Source: Candidatus Cloacimonadales bacterium (lineage in GTDB: Bacteria > Cloacimonadota > Cloacimonadia > Cloacimonadales > JAIOQZ01). From it: 64,000 nt of DNA. Of the stretch, positions 18,993 to 28,191 are shown piece by piece; position 1 is the first letter of the stretch; every line of letters starts with the position of its first letter. The position numbers and the translations under genes were made by a program. A model generated the notes under the pieces. That model did no database searches and was not told the DNA's origin. It saw nothing but the letters and a program-made list of their open reading frames with translations. Location of the stretch: NCBI GenBank assembly GCA_963674825.1, contig OY771587.1, positions 1,280,001-1,344,000 of the forward strand, read 5' to 3'.

Positions 18993-21611
18993 ATGAAACA
19001 AAAAGGATTTATTCTCGTATTCATCCTTTTATGCAGCATCGTCAGTATATTCGCTGACTACACAGTGGACTTCGAAGCTGAAAGCAAGGGTTCCTATACC
19101 GCTGGTGAAGTTATTCTCAACGGTATCAACTGGAACCTCGACAACACTCTGATCGGCAACCTTTCCAATGACAAGAAAAATGGCACCAAGTCTGCACGTC
19201 TCAGACACATTGGCGCTATGACAATGCTTGAAGATAAGTCCGGTGGACTCGGAACCATTACTTTCCAGTATGCGAAATATGGTACCGACTCTGTTGCTCC
19301 AACTCTTCGCGTTGAATACAGCACCGATGGTGGCGCAAGCTGGATTCAGGTCGGAACAGACTTCGACACGAACACCCAAGCTGCTCTTACCGAATGGAGC
19401 CAGGAAGTCAACGTTGCCGGAAACGTACGTATTCGAATCACGTCCATCTCCGGAACTGTCGGAAAACGCGCGAATATCGATGATATCGTTTTGACAGATT
19501 ACGCTTCTTCTACCGAGTCCATCACAACCGGCGCAGTATCAACTGCACCGTTCAATCCTGGCAGCACTGGTTCTGTTGCGTTCACATCAAGCGGTAACTT
19601 CACTGCTGGCTGTGTTTTCTCCGCAATGCTTTCCGATGAAAACGGTGCTTTCGCAAGCGCGACTGAGATCGGAACCTACGTACTGGCAGCAGACGAAACC
19701 GATCCTTCCGGTTCGATCAACTTCACAATCCCGACTCCGATTACAGGTAGCGAAGATTACGCAATCCGCGTAGAATCCGATACCCCCGCGGTTCTCGGCG
19801 ATGAAAGCGCAAATTTCACCATAAACGGTGTAACTGTCACGCCTACCGACGCCCAATATCTTATCGTTGGTCAAGCCTTGACTCCCCTCTTTTATAATAT
19901 CGTTGGAAGCGCTTTAGACGGACAATGGTGTATCTCTGATGTTAGCGGTGGTCCCTATACCCTAACAGGTATAAATAGCAATCCGATAAACGGTGTAATG
20001 TCAACTCCAGGAACAGGTTATCTTGTGTTTGCCGCTGTATTCAATGAAGGTGTTATCTATAGCAATGAGGTTTTGATCGTTGTGACCGACGCTCCGACAA
20101 TTCCTTACCACGAAGACTTCTCGACCTTCCTTCCCGCAGGCTGGCAAAACAACAGCAACTGGTACAGCAGCAATTCAAGCTACGCTGGTGGTGTCGCTCC
20201 TGAAGCAACCATCGGCTACAGCACATATGCTGTTGGCGATAACCTCGTCTCCTGCCCGATCAATACATCCGGTTACACATCTCTGGATGTCAGCTGGTGC
20301 CAGAGCATCTCTACCTATTCAGGTGGAACCGGCGGCTTCCAGCTTGATCTTTACACCTCTACCGATGGCACGACATGGGGCAGCTCCGTTTGGACCTACC
20401 TCTATACTGGCGCTAACGATACTGCAAATCAGCAGACTACCATCGATGCAGCCGATGGTGTTGGAAGCTCAACCCTTTATCTGAAGTTTGAATTCACCTC
20501 TCAGGACAACAACCGTCTCTCTTTCTGGAATATCGACGAACTGATCGTGAAAAATTCCGCTCAAGAGCAGAATACACAGTCTGTTACCGCTGGCGACAGC
20601 AATGTCGATTTCGATTCACCGAACACGGGTATCGGCATCCAGTTCACCGGTATCGATACCGGTGGTAATGTAACAGTCGGTTTCTTCAATGAAGGCCCGA
20701 TCAACACCAATGGTATCACCGATGCCAATGTCGCGGTTTACCGCTGGCTTATCGATCCGGATTATACATTCGCATTCGGAACCGGCACAGCCACCATCGT
20801 CATCTACCTCGACAACGTTCCGCTTAACGGCGTTTCCGATCCCGCAAACGTCCACGTATGGCATCGCAGCGGCGAATATGAAGACTTCACCCTGATCGAT
20901 CCAGGCAGTGTTGTTTATGTCGAAGCAGAAAACGCGCTTTATGTTACGGTCTCCAGCTTCAGTGAATTCGTGTTCGGTAGCGACACACAGACCCTGCCGG
21001 TCGAATTGTCAGGATTCCAGGCGACTTACACCAGCTATGGATACGTCACCCTCGAATGGACGACCCAGTCTGAAAGCGACATGCTCGGTTACCGCGTACA
21101 TCGCAGCAACAACGATCAGCTCAGCCAGGCTCAGATGATCTCTGCTCAGATGGTTGAAGCTTACAACAACTCCGCCGAAACCATCTACAACTTCGACGAT
21201 ACCGATATCGAACTCGAAGCAACCTACTACTACTGGATCGAAGCTGTCGAACTCAACGGCTCCTCGATCATGTACGGACCAACCTCCGTTGTTGTCAGCG
21301 ACGACAACCAGGAAGGCGATACTCCGGAATATGCTACAGCCATGCCGCAGAACTCGCCGAATCCGTTTAACCCGACGACCACCATCCAGTTCTCGCTGAA
21401 AGACGATACATTCGTCAGCCTGAAGATCTACAACACTCGCGGTCAGCTCGTTAAGACCCTCGTCAACGAAGACAGACTCGCAGGTGAACAGGCTCCGATC
21501 GTCTGGAACGGTACCGACGAAAACGGAAATAACTGTGGTAGCGGTGTTTACTTCTACAAGCTCGAAACCAACAACAAGACCATCACGCGCAAGATGATGA
21601 TGATCAAGTAA
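18993..21611 (+). CDS. Secreted multi-beta-sandwich protein with FN3-like domain and FlgD/T9SS-like CTD
   Basis: RBS AAGGAG; signal peptide; N-domain homologous to that of 9612-12362; TLPVELSGF; NSPNPFNP CTD. Confidence 0.85.
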   Translation: MKQKGFILVFILLCSIVSIFADYTVDFEAESKGSYTAGEVILNGINWNLDNTLIGNLSNDKKNGTKSARLRHIGAMTMLEDKSGGLGTITFQYAKYGTDSVAPTLRVEYSTDGGASWIQVGTDFDTNTQAALTEWSQEVNVAGNVRIRITSISGTVGKRANIDDIVLTDYASSTESITTGAVSTAPFNPGSTGSVAFTSSGNFTAGCVFSAMLSDENGAFASATEIGTYVLAADETDPSGSINFTIPTPITGSEDYAIRVESDTPAVLGDESANFTINGVTVTPTDAQYLIVGQALTPLFYNIVGSALDGQWCISDVSGGPYTLTGINSNPINGVMSTPGTGYLVFAAVFNEGVIYSNEVLIVVTDAPTIPYHEDFSTFLPAGWQNNSNWYSSNSSYAGGVAPEATIGYSTYAVGDNLVSCPINTSGYTSLDVSWCQSISTYSGGTGGFQLDLYTSTDGTTWGSSVWTYLYTGANDTANQQTTIDAADGVGSSTLYLKFEFTSQDNNRLSFWNIDELIVKNSAQEQNTQSVTAGDSNVDFDSPNTGIGIQFTGIDTGGNVTVGFFNEGPINTNGITDANVAVYRWLIDPDYTFAFGTGTATIVIYLDNVPLNGVSDPANVHVWHRSGEYEDFTLIDPGSVVYVEAENALYVTVSSFSEFVFGSDTQTLPVELSGFQATYTSYGYVTLEWTTQSESDMLGYRVHRSNNDQLSQAQMISAQMVEAYNNSAETIYNFDDTDIELEATYYYWIEAVELNGSSIMYGPTSVVVSDDNQEGDTPEYATAMPQNSPNPFNPTTTIQFSLKDDTFVSLKIYNTRGQLVKTLVNEDRLAGEQAPIVWNGTDENGNNCGSGVYFYKLETNNKTITRKMMMIK

Positions 21612-21761
21612 TTTCGGCTTTGACGAAGTCAAAACGAAATGGTCGAACGATGTGACTTCGCGAAGAGAAGTCATGTTAGTGGAACATCGGCTTTGACGTA
21701 GTCAAAACGATACAGCATAATATATGCCCCTTTCTTCAATCGAAGAAAGGGGCTTTTTTTT
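21351..21761 (+). repeat. 411-bp direct repeat, copy 1 (CTD coding region + hairpins + terminator)
   Basis: Aligns without gaps to 24999-25409; 10 substitutions by manual count. Confidence 0.97.
21726..21761 (+). terminator. Intrinsic terminator (second copy at 25374-25409)
   Basis: GCCCCTTTCTTC-AATC-GAAGAAAGGGGC followed by T8. Confidence 0.9.
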
Positions 21762-21845
21762 ATAGGACTTTTTCCATCACTTTCTCCACAATCTTCTTGA
21801 CAGTTATTAAAATCCAGGACGATAATAGTAAAAAAGGATGGCATA

Positions 21846-24800
21846 ATGAGTAAGCTGATTATTGTCCTCGCGATGTTGATGTCTGGTTTGTTGCTTGCTG
21901 ATTTCACAATCGTCGAATCCTACCCTCTTCCTGATAATGCTTATTGCGCCGCTTCAGATGAAGAAGGAAATCTTTTCATCAATACATATGATGAAACCGG
22001 TGTCTCAGTCCTTCAGTTTAATCCTGCAGACAGCTCCGCAGTACTTGTTTTTACTTCTATGATCACGAATGCCAGTGATATGACTTGGGATGGCAACAGG
22101 AACTGCTTCTGGATGATCGATCAATCGGAGAACCCGAATGAACCAGCCCTTGCTAAAGCATTCAATATGCAAGGAGATCAGATACATTGCCATGAGCAAC
22201 CCGATCATTTCATGTCTGGAATTACTTGTGAGGGTGCTATATTTTACATTCTAACGTACGATAATCCTGATGGATATGTTTACGAGAAAGAGATAAACTA
22301 CGAATGCATAACAAACGAGTTCGAGTTACCAGCAAATCAACCATGTGGTGTTTGCATTGCAAATAACTACCTCTGGATCACCGATGTCGATGAAAATCTA
22401 ATTTTTAAAGTGAGTCGATACGACGGAACAGTCATGGATTCGTTTCCATCGCTAGGATCAAATCCTACAGGAATTACGTTTGATGGTGAGTATATTTGGT
22501 ATATTGATAAAGACATTTATGGTGAGTGCTGGCTACATAAGGTGGATTTAGGGCAACTCATTCCAATTGCAGAATTTAGCAGTGAGTCTTACGATTATGG
22601 CAATGTAATTATCAATCAGTCCGCATATGCTTCCATCGAGATTACAAATACGGGAGATGCACCGCTTATTTTCAGTCAGATCTATTCCGATTCGGACTCC
22701 CCGCTTGGTATGGATATCTCAGACTGGTATCTACCTCCCGGATACACTGGGAGTATTCAGTTCTCACTACTATTAGGACACTTAGGTGAATACAGCAGTA
22801 ATGTTTTTCTGGAGTCAAACGATAGCCAGTGCCCATCTCGTACGTTCCCACTAACAGCCTATGGCCTCAATCTGACACAGGATATCGATTGCACTCCAGT
22901 AATCGAATTCAGCGATGTCCGAGCAACTTCGCTAACAAGCCGGAAGCTTCGAATCTCAAATCAGGGCATCGATAATCTCACCATTTACAATATCGAACTG
23001 AGCAATGATGTCGTTAGCCTGGAATACAATGAGCCATTCCCAATATCAATCTCCACACGTGACACACTTGATGTAAGGCTTTGGCTGAACACCAATGATG
23101 CAACGGAACCAACATGTGATATCTACGTTTTTTCCAATGATATCGATGAACCGATCGTAACGATCCCAATCGAAATATCGATCATTCCATTTGATGACGA
23201 AATCGGCAGCCAATATTGGAGCTTCCTGGCAAACGGTAGTGGAGAAGCAATAACCGCATTGATGAAATTCATCGATCTGAATGGAGACGGAAAATCTGAA
23301 GTCGTAGTATCGGATAGCGATCATCATCTATATTGCTTGAACGGTAACGGAAGCGATCAAGCGGATGTGATATGGAGCATTAATTTCGAAGATTATGGAT
23401 ATGGTGGTGGCAGCATAGTTCATGAACGTAACCTGATCATTGTCGATGATGTGAATCAGGATGGAATCGACGATATTGGAGTAGGTACCGATCGCCCTAA
23501 TTGCGCAGTCTATATCCTTGACGGAAGAACTGGAAACATGATATGGAGCCATTATTCAAGCGAATTTAGTATGTTTTCCTTTCCCGTCGGGAGCCTTGAT
23601 AGTAGAAGAGATTTCAATGGAGATGGTTGTAAAGATGTTCTCGCTGTTTGGTACGATAATTTACCAGATTGCAATATCCCCATCGTACTATATGATGGCA
23701 TTACCGGTAGCCCCATCTGGATGAGCGAAAGCGACTTCTACGCAACAAAACAGGCAATATCGATCAGCGATCAAAACAATGATGAAATACCTGATGTGGT
23801 GGCCATCCGCTCTCTGTATAATTACTCAGAACTTTGTGTGATCTCCGGTGAAAATGGAGTTGTACTTGAGACTTATTCGAGCCAACACGAATTGGGGAAT
23901 CTTATTGAGCTAAAGGATGTCTCGGGTGAAGGCCTTAATGATTTCATGTTTACAATATCCAACACTGACTTCGCTTCAATCTTTGCAATGAGATGCGACC
24001 TCGGTACTCTCTGGGATTATTTTATTGTTCAATCAGCTGTGACCGGCTTAGAAAAAGCAACTGAAGCAGGTAGCGAGTATATAATTCCCGTCTTGTCGAC
24101 AAGTGATGAAGGAATTGTGTTAAACGCGAGTTCCGGTGAAGAAATGATATCTTATCCCCTTTCAGGAGAAACCTTTGTAAGTTCCCCAATCAGAGATATC
24201 AATGGTGACGGACATTTTGATATCCTGAACGGAAATAGTGATCACCAAATACAAGCGTACTCAGGTTCAAATGGATTTCTCATCTGGGACGATACCATGG
24301 ACGCTCTGGTTCTGAAAGCGATTGATATCAGCGATCTGGATAGCAACAACAGCAATGAAATGCTCCTTGGTCTATGTAACGGGACAATCGTTTGTCTATC
24401 TGGAGGCATCAACGCATCAGCTCCCATGGCATCTGTCCAGTTAAATGTCACGACAAATTCAGAGGACGATCCTATTGGGGCAGAATATCTTTTGATTGGA
24501 CCCGATAGTTTTTCTGGAGAAATTCCTTCCGGTGGATCTGTGTTGATTGACAATGTTCCTTTGGGGACATACAATCTACTGGTTACCAAATCACAGTACG
24601 ATGACATTCTCATAGAAAATCTCATTGTCGAAGAAGATATTATCGAAGATCTATTATTGATAGAGACAATTTCTCCAGTGGAAAATTTCCGTGCCCAACT
24701 TGATGGCGGCAACCTCATACTATTATGGGGCAATGCGAGAACACGCGCCAACAAGGATAATAGGGAAGATATGCTTTCAAGAGACAGGCTTTCTACAAGA

Positions 24801-25259
24801 ATATACCTGAATGAAGAGATCTATGCTGAGCTGGATGCCGATCAACAGCAACTCGTGATAGAGGATATCGCAGGTGGGACGTATCATTTCGCAGCAACAT
24901 ATCTCTATAATACTGGAGAATCGGATCCCACAGAAATCGAGGTTGTGGTAGTGGGTAACGACCCCGGCTTCGTTACCTATAATACAACGCTCTATAGCAA
25001 CTCGCCGAATCCGTTCAACCCGACGACCACCATCCAGTTCTCGCTGAAAGACGACACATTCGTCAGCCTGAAGATCTACAACACCCGCGGTCAGCTCGTT
25101 AAGACCCTGGTCAACGAAGACAGACTCGCCGGCGAACAGGCTCCGATCGTCTGGAATGGTACCGACGAAAACGGAAATAACTGTGGTAGCGGTGTTTACT
25201 TCTACAAGCTCGAAACTAACAACAAGACCATCACGCGCAAGATGATGATGATCAAGTAA
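21846..25259 (+). CDS. Large secreted propeller/Ig/FG-GAP protein, paralog of 13472-16870, with a CTD identical to that of 18993-21611
   Basis: Colinear motifs with 13472-16870 (PDH(Y/F)MSGI, YCLNGN, RRDF.GDG, CLSGG, NVTTNS.D.P.GA). Confidence 0.85.
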   Translation: MSKLIIVLAMLMSGLLLADFTIVESYPLPDNAYCAASDEEGNLFINTYDETGVSVLQFNPADSSAVLVFTSMITNASDMTWDGNRNCFWMIDQSENPNEPALAKAFNMQGDQIHCHEQPDHFMSGITCEGAIFYILTYDNPDGYVYEKEINYECITNEFELPANQPCGVCIANNYLWITDVDENLIFKVSRYDGTVMDSFPSLGSNPTGITFDGEYIWYIDKDIYGECWLHKVDLGQLIPIAEFSSESYDYGNVIINQSAYASIEITNTGDAPLIFSQIYSDSDSPLGMDISDWYLPPGYTGSIQFSLLLGHLGEYSSNVFLESNDSQCPSRTFPLTAYGLNLTQDIDCTPVIEFSDVRATSLTSRKLRISNQGIDNLTIYNIELSNDVVSLEYNEPFPISISTRDTLDVRLWLNTNDATEPTCDIYVFSNDIDEPIVTIPIEISIIPFDDEIGSQYWSFLANGSGEAITALMKFIDLNGDGKSEVVVSDSDHHLYCLNGNGSDQADVIWSINFEDYGYGGGSIVHERNLIIVDDVNQDGIDDIGVGTDRPNCAVYILDGRTGNMIWSHYSSEFSMFSFPVGSLDSRRDFNGDGCKDVLAVWYDNLPDCNIPIVLYDGITGSPIWMSESDFYATKQAISISDQNNDEIPDVVAIRSLYNYSELCVISGENGVVLETYSSQHELGNLIELKDVSGEGLNDFMFTISNTDFASIFAMRCDLGTLWDYFIVQSAVTGLEKATEAGSEYIIPVLSTSDEGIVLNASSGEEMISYPLSGETFVSSPIRDINGDGHFDILNGNSDHQIQAYSGSNGFLIWDDTMDALVLKAIDISDLDSNNSNEMLLGLCNGTIVCLSGGINASAPMASVQLNVTTNSEDDPIGAEYLLIGPDSFSGEIPSGGSVLIDNVPLGTYNLLVTKSQYDDILIENLIVEEDIIEDLLLIETISPVENFRAQLDGGNLILLWGNARTRANKDNREDMLSRDRLSTRIYLNEEIYAELDADQQQLVIEDIAGGTYHFAATYLYNTGESDPTEIEVVVVGNDPGFVTYNTTLYSNSPNPFNPTTTIQFSLKDDTFVSLKIYNTRGQLVKTLVNEDRLAGEQAPIVWNGTDENGNNCGSGVYFYKLETNNKTITRKMMMIK

Positions 25260-25409
25260 TTTCGGCTTTGACGAAGTCAAAACGAAATGGTCGAACGATG
25301 TGACTTCGCGAAGAGAAGTCATGTTAGTGGAACATCGGCTTTGACGTAGTCAAAACGATACAGCACAATATATGCCCCTTTCTTCAATCGAAGAGAGGGG
25401 CTTTTTTTT
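24999..25409 (+). repeat. 411-bp direct repeat, copy 2
   Basis: Offset of 3648 bp from copy 1. Confidence 0.97.
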
Positions 25410-25530
25410 GTCATAACATTATCCGTGGAATCATCTCAATTTTTCTTGACATCGGAATAACAATTCGCAACAAATTGTCGTGAAGGCATTTTCAACCAGA
25501 CCACAACACGCTTTTTCACAGGAGGGATTT

Positions 25531-27030
25531 ATGAAAAAGTCAATGCTGTTGCTCACAATGCTGTTCACACTACTATCTATCGCGCAATTGAACGCGGAAC
25601 TCATCTATTCCGTGGACTACACCGGTACAGTACAGCTCCCGGGGACGGATTACCTGCACATGGATCAGTCTATCGACGGTTCACCGCTACGATTCTGGTG
25701 GCTGTCTGTCACAGCCGATTCGCTGCAAGCCTCGCACGTCGAACTCGATACGAACGGGAATCTGATTGAGCTATGCGTCGCGCTGTCCGTAGAAAACACA
25801 TACGGATTCACGATGGATCACCAGGCTTGCCAATTCGAACAAATGGGCACCCAAACGAGTCTGCGCTGTATTGTGAGTGACACGCTCGGCGTCTTTCAGT
25901 TCGAAGACGGTGTGTTCAATCGATTCGCAGTGTTCGATCTGGAAAGCCAGTACCATACGAGATCGGACGAAATGCGCGAACAATGGAACGAAGATATCTT
26001 CCTCACCACCGTGGACGACAGGCGTCTATGCAGTTGCAATATCGAAACGGGCATCCTCGATACGTTGATCGCGTTCACCGACTGCGCAGAGATGTCCTTT
26101 ACGACGCTGGGACAGGAATACATACTCCTGTGCATCCAATATCCGGAGTCAACATTTTACCTTTTCGACGCGGATTTCAATCTGCTCGATACCATTGATG
26201 CGCCCCTCGGAGGAGTGCTGGTCACGGATTTCCCTGGATTTTACACGGGTGGTGGTTATATATTGGAGATGTACAACATGGTCATGTACTCAATGGATGA
26301 TTACGTGTGGGTTGAAGACGGTCAACTCTACCATGACGATGCATTCATGGATGATATCGAAGGGGATTGGTCTCGTAACGGCTTCACCGCGCTGGACGAC
26401 GAAACCTTCTTCCACGTCTGGCGTATGGGTGGTTCATCGTCTCGTGTACCCGGCTATTCCATGATCGATCACGAGCTGGAGTATTATGGAGAGACGATTG
26501 ACAACGGCAAGACAATTGCCAGCCTCAATTCATGCCTGGCGATCTTCTCCGCCACCGATTCGCTCAACCAGATCCATATCTGCGACCGAGTCGCCGGCGA
26601 GTTCTTCACGTTCGATGCCAGCGAGGTTCCGCTCGATCCGGCCCGTTACTGGAAGAGCTTCGCGATCGGTCAGAAGCTATTCATCCAGGGCAGCCAGATC
26701 TATCGTTATGATGTTGATTTCACGCACCCGAACGACGACCCGGCCGTTCCTCAGTACGCAAACAGCCTCTCCAACTACCCCAATCCGTTCAATCCCACCA
26801 CCACGATCCATTATTCGATCGCGGAGAACAGCCACGTGACACTCGATGTGTACAACATCCGTGGGCAGCGCGTGATAAAGCTGGTTGACGACCGCCTGCA
26901 AAAGGGCGAGCATTCGGTAGTATGGGACGGCAATGACGATACCGGGAATTCCGTCTCCAGCGGTGTGTATCTCTACCGGATGAAAGCGGGGGATCGTAGC
27001 GAGACAAAGAAGATGATGTTGATGAAATAG
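25531..27030 (+). CDS. Secreted protein with FlgD/T9SS-like CTD; passenger function unknown
   Basis: RBS GGAGG; signal peptide; SNYPNPFNP..VYNIRGQRV..SSGVYLYRM..KKMMLMK. Confidence 0.82.
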   Translation: MKKSMLLLTMLFTLLSIAQLNAELIYSVDYTGTVQLPGTDYLHMDQSIDGSPLRFWWLSVTADSLQASHVELDTNGNLIELCVALSVENTYGFTMDHQACQFEQMGTQTSLRCIVSDTLGVFQFEDGVFNRFAVFDLESQYHTRSDEMREQWNEDIFLTTVDDRRLCSCNIETGILDTLIAFTDCAEMSFTTLGQEYILLCIQYPESTFYLFDADFNLLDTIDAPLGGVLVTDFPGFYTGGGYILEMYNMVMYSMDDYVWVEDGQLYHDDAFMDDIEGDWSRNGFTALDDETFFHVWRMGGSSSRVPGYSMIDHELEYYGETIDNGKTIASLNSCLAIFSATDSLNQIHICDRVAGEFFTFDASEVPLDPARYWKSFAIGQKLFIQGSQIYRYDVDFTHPNDDPAVPQYANSLSNYPNPFNPTTTIHYSIAENSHVTLDVYNIRGQRVIKLVDDRLQKGEHSVVWDGNDDTGNSVSSGVYLYRMKAGDRSETKKMMLMK

Positions 27031-27040
27031 ACGCTTTTAT

Positions 27041-27071
27041 AGCCGCCCGTCAATTGATGGGCGGCTTGTTT
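27041..27071 (+). terminator. Hairpin terminator between convergent genes
   Basis: AGCCGCCCGTCA/TGATGGGCGGCT stem followed by TGTTT. Confidence 0.7.
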
Positions 27072-27143
27072 ACCTTGAAAAGGTATTACTCAGTAATATT
27101 GCTTCGATTTTATATTACAGGAATATTAACGCATGCTGATACG

Positions 27144-27986
27144 TCATGAAAACATGAACCACTTCTTATAAATAGGGGATTGTATTGATTCATCAAACTC
27201 TGCATTCACAAGATCTCTGAATTTCCTTCGATATCCCCTACAGCCATTAATAGAACATCCTAGTGATGTTGCAAAGACAATAATAGACACCGCCAAAAAA
27301 AAGACAAAAAGCAAATTCTCTTCCACTAATATAGTCCCCCAAAAGACTGAGCGAATTTGAGATTGAATCTGAAAATGACTTAAGCAGATAGTGAATGACG
27401 TGATAAGTACTACGGTAATGAATACGTAAAATGCATACTGAAAGGCTCGCAATACATTAGGCGGCTCGATTTTCAACGGATCAAGCAACTGACATTTAGT
27501 ACCGCTTTTCAGTTTTTTTCCTATCTTCTCTATCATCTCACATCCATTGCAGTTAATTGACTTCTTGTTCAGTATTTTCATATATTCTTTAGTACTTTTT
27601 CCGGGATCATTTGCAATTAGATAACTGCAATAGCGATGCCATTTCAACAAAGATGTATCACATATCTCAAGCATACATTCAATTTTATGCATCTGGAATA
27701 AGCAGAAGCGGAACTGATAACCGTGAAGATTACATAGGTGGATACCAAGTAAACTGACTAATATTGCTCCTCCCATAACTAATAACAATACACCTGGGTC
27801 ACTAAAATCATGTTTACCGATATATGCTCCAAAGCCTGTAATAGCCACAATAAAGACGCTGAACTCGGAAATAAAATTATTCTCTCGTTGTAGCATTTCT
27901 TTCCGAAAAGACTCGTGGGTCTGAATCAGAAACGTGTTTCTGGTATCCTGACGCGCAGTTGATACTTCAACGGGGATTCCCATCAT
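27144..27986 (-). CDS. Hypothetical AT-rich membrane protein (about 4 TM helices)
   Basis: 280-aa ORF with two pairs of hydrophobic segments; visibly more AT-rich than its flanks. Confidence 0.65.
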   Translation of the reverse strand: MMGIPVEVSTARQDTRNTFLIQTHESFRKEMLQRENNFISEFSVFIVAITGFGAYIGKHDFSDPGVLLLVMGGAILVSLLGIHLCNLHGYQFRFCLFQMHKIECMLEICDTSLLKWHRYCSYLIANDPGKSTKEYMKILNKKSINCNGCEMIEKIGKKLKSGTKCQLLDPLKIEPPNVLRAFQYAFYVFITVVLITSFTICLSHFQIQSQIRSVFWGTILVEENLLFVFFLAVSIIVFATSLGCSINGCRGYRRKFRDLVNAEFDESIQSPIYKKWFMFS

Positions 27987-28135
27987 ATCCTCACTTGATT
28001 CATTAGAATTTTTATTTTCCCCATTTAATCCTTATTGCGAATAGATTGTCAAGCATGAAAGATTCCACTAAAATTAACCTCTTTTGATTCTCTGACAAGC
28101 CATGCTCATTGGGTACATTGATCCTACCCATATAC

Positions 28136-28167
28136 AAAAACCGCCGGCAGCAAGCTACCGGCGGTTT
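28136..28167 (-). terminator. Intrinsic terminator of the nucleotide-sugar dehydrogenase gene
   Basis: CCGCCGGTAGC/GCTGCCGGCGG stem followed by T5 on the minus strand. Confidence 0.8.
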
Positions 28168-28191
28168 CGTTTATCGTTGAGTAGTAGTGGT

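Noticed and set aside
21614..21710. 24-nt palindromic repeat pair with a 49-nt spacer as a mini CRISPR array
   Set aside because: Only two repeats; the spacer is itself a hairpin and identical in the second copy; no cas genes
9585..25358. Post-stop hairpins as integron attC sites
   Set aside because: No RYYYAAC/GTTRRRY ends, too short, the genes have their own promoters and terminators, and no integrase is present
21351..25409. Diversity-generating retroelement TR/VR pair
   Set aside because: Differences are mostly synonymous C/T changes, not adenine-specific; both copies encode the same peptide; no reverse transcriptase in the window
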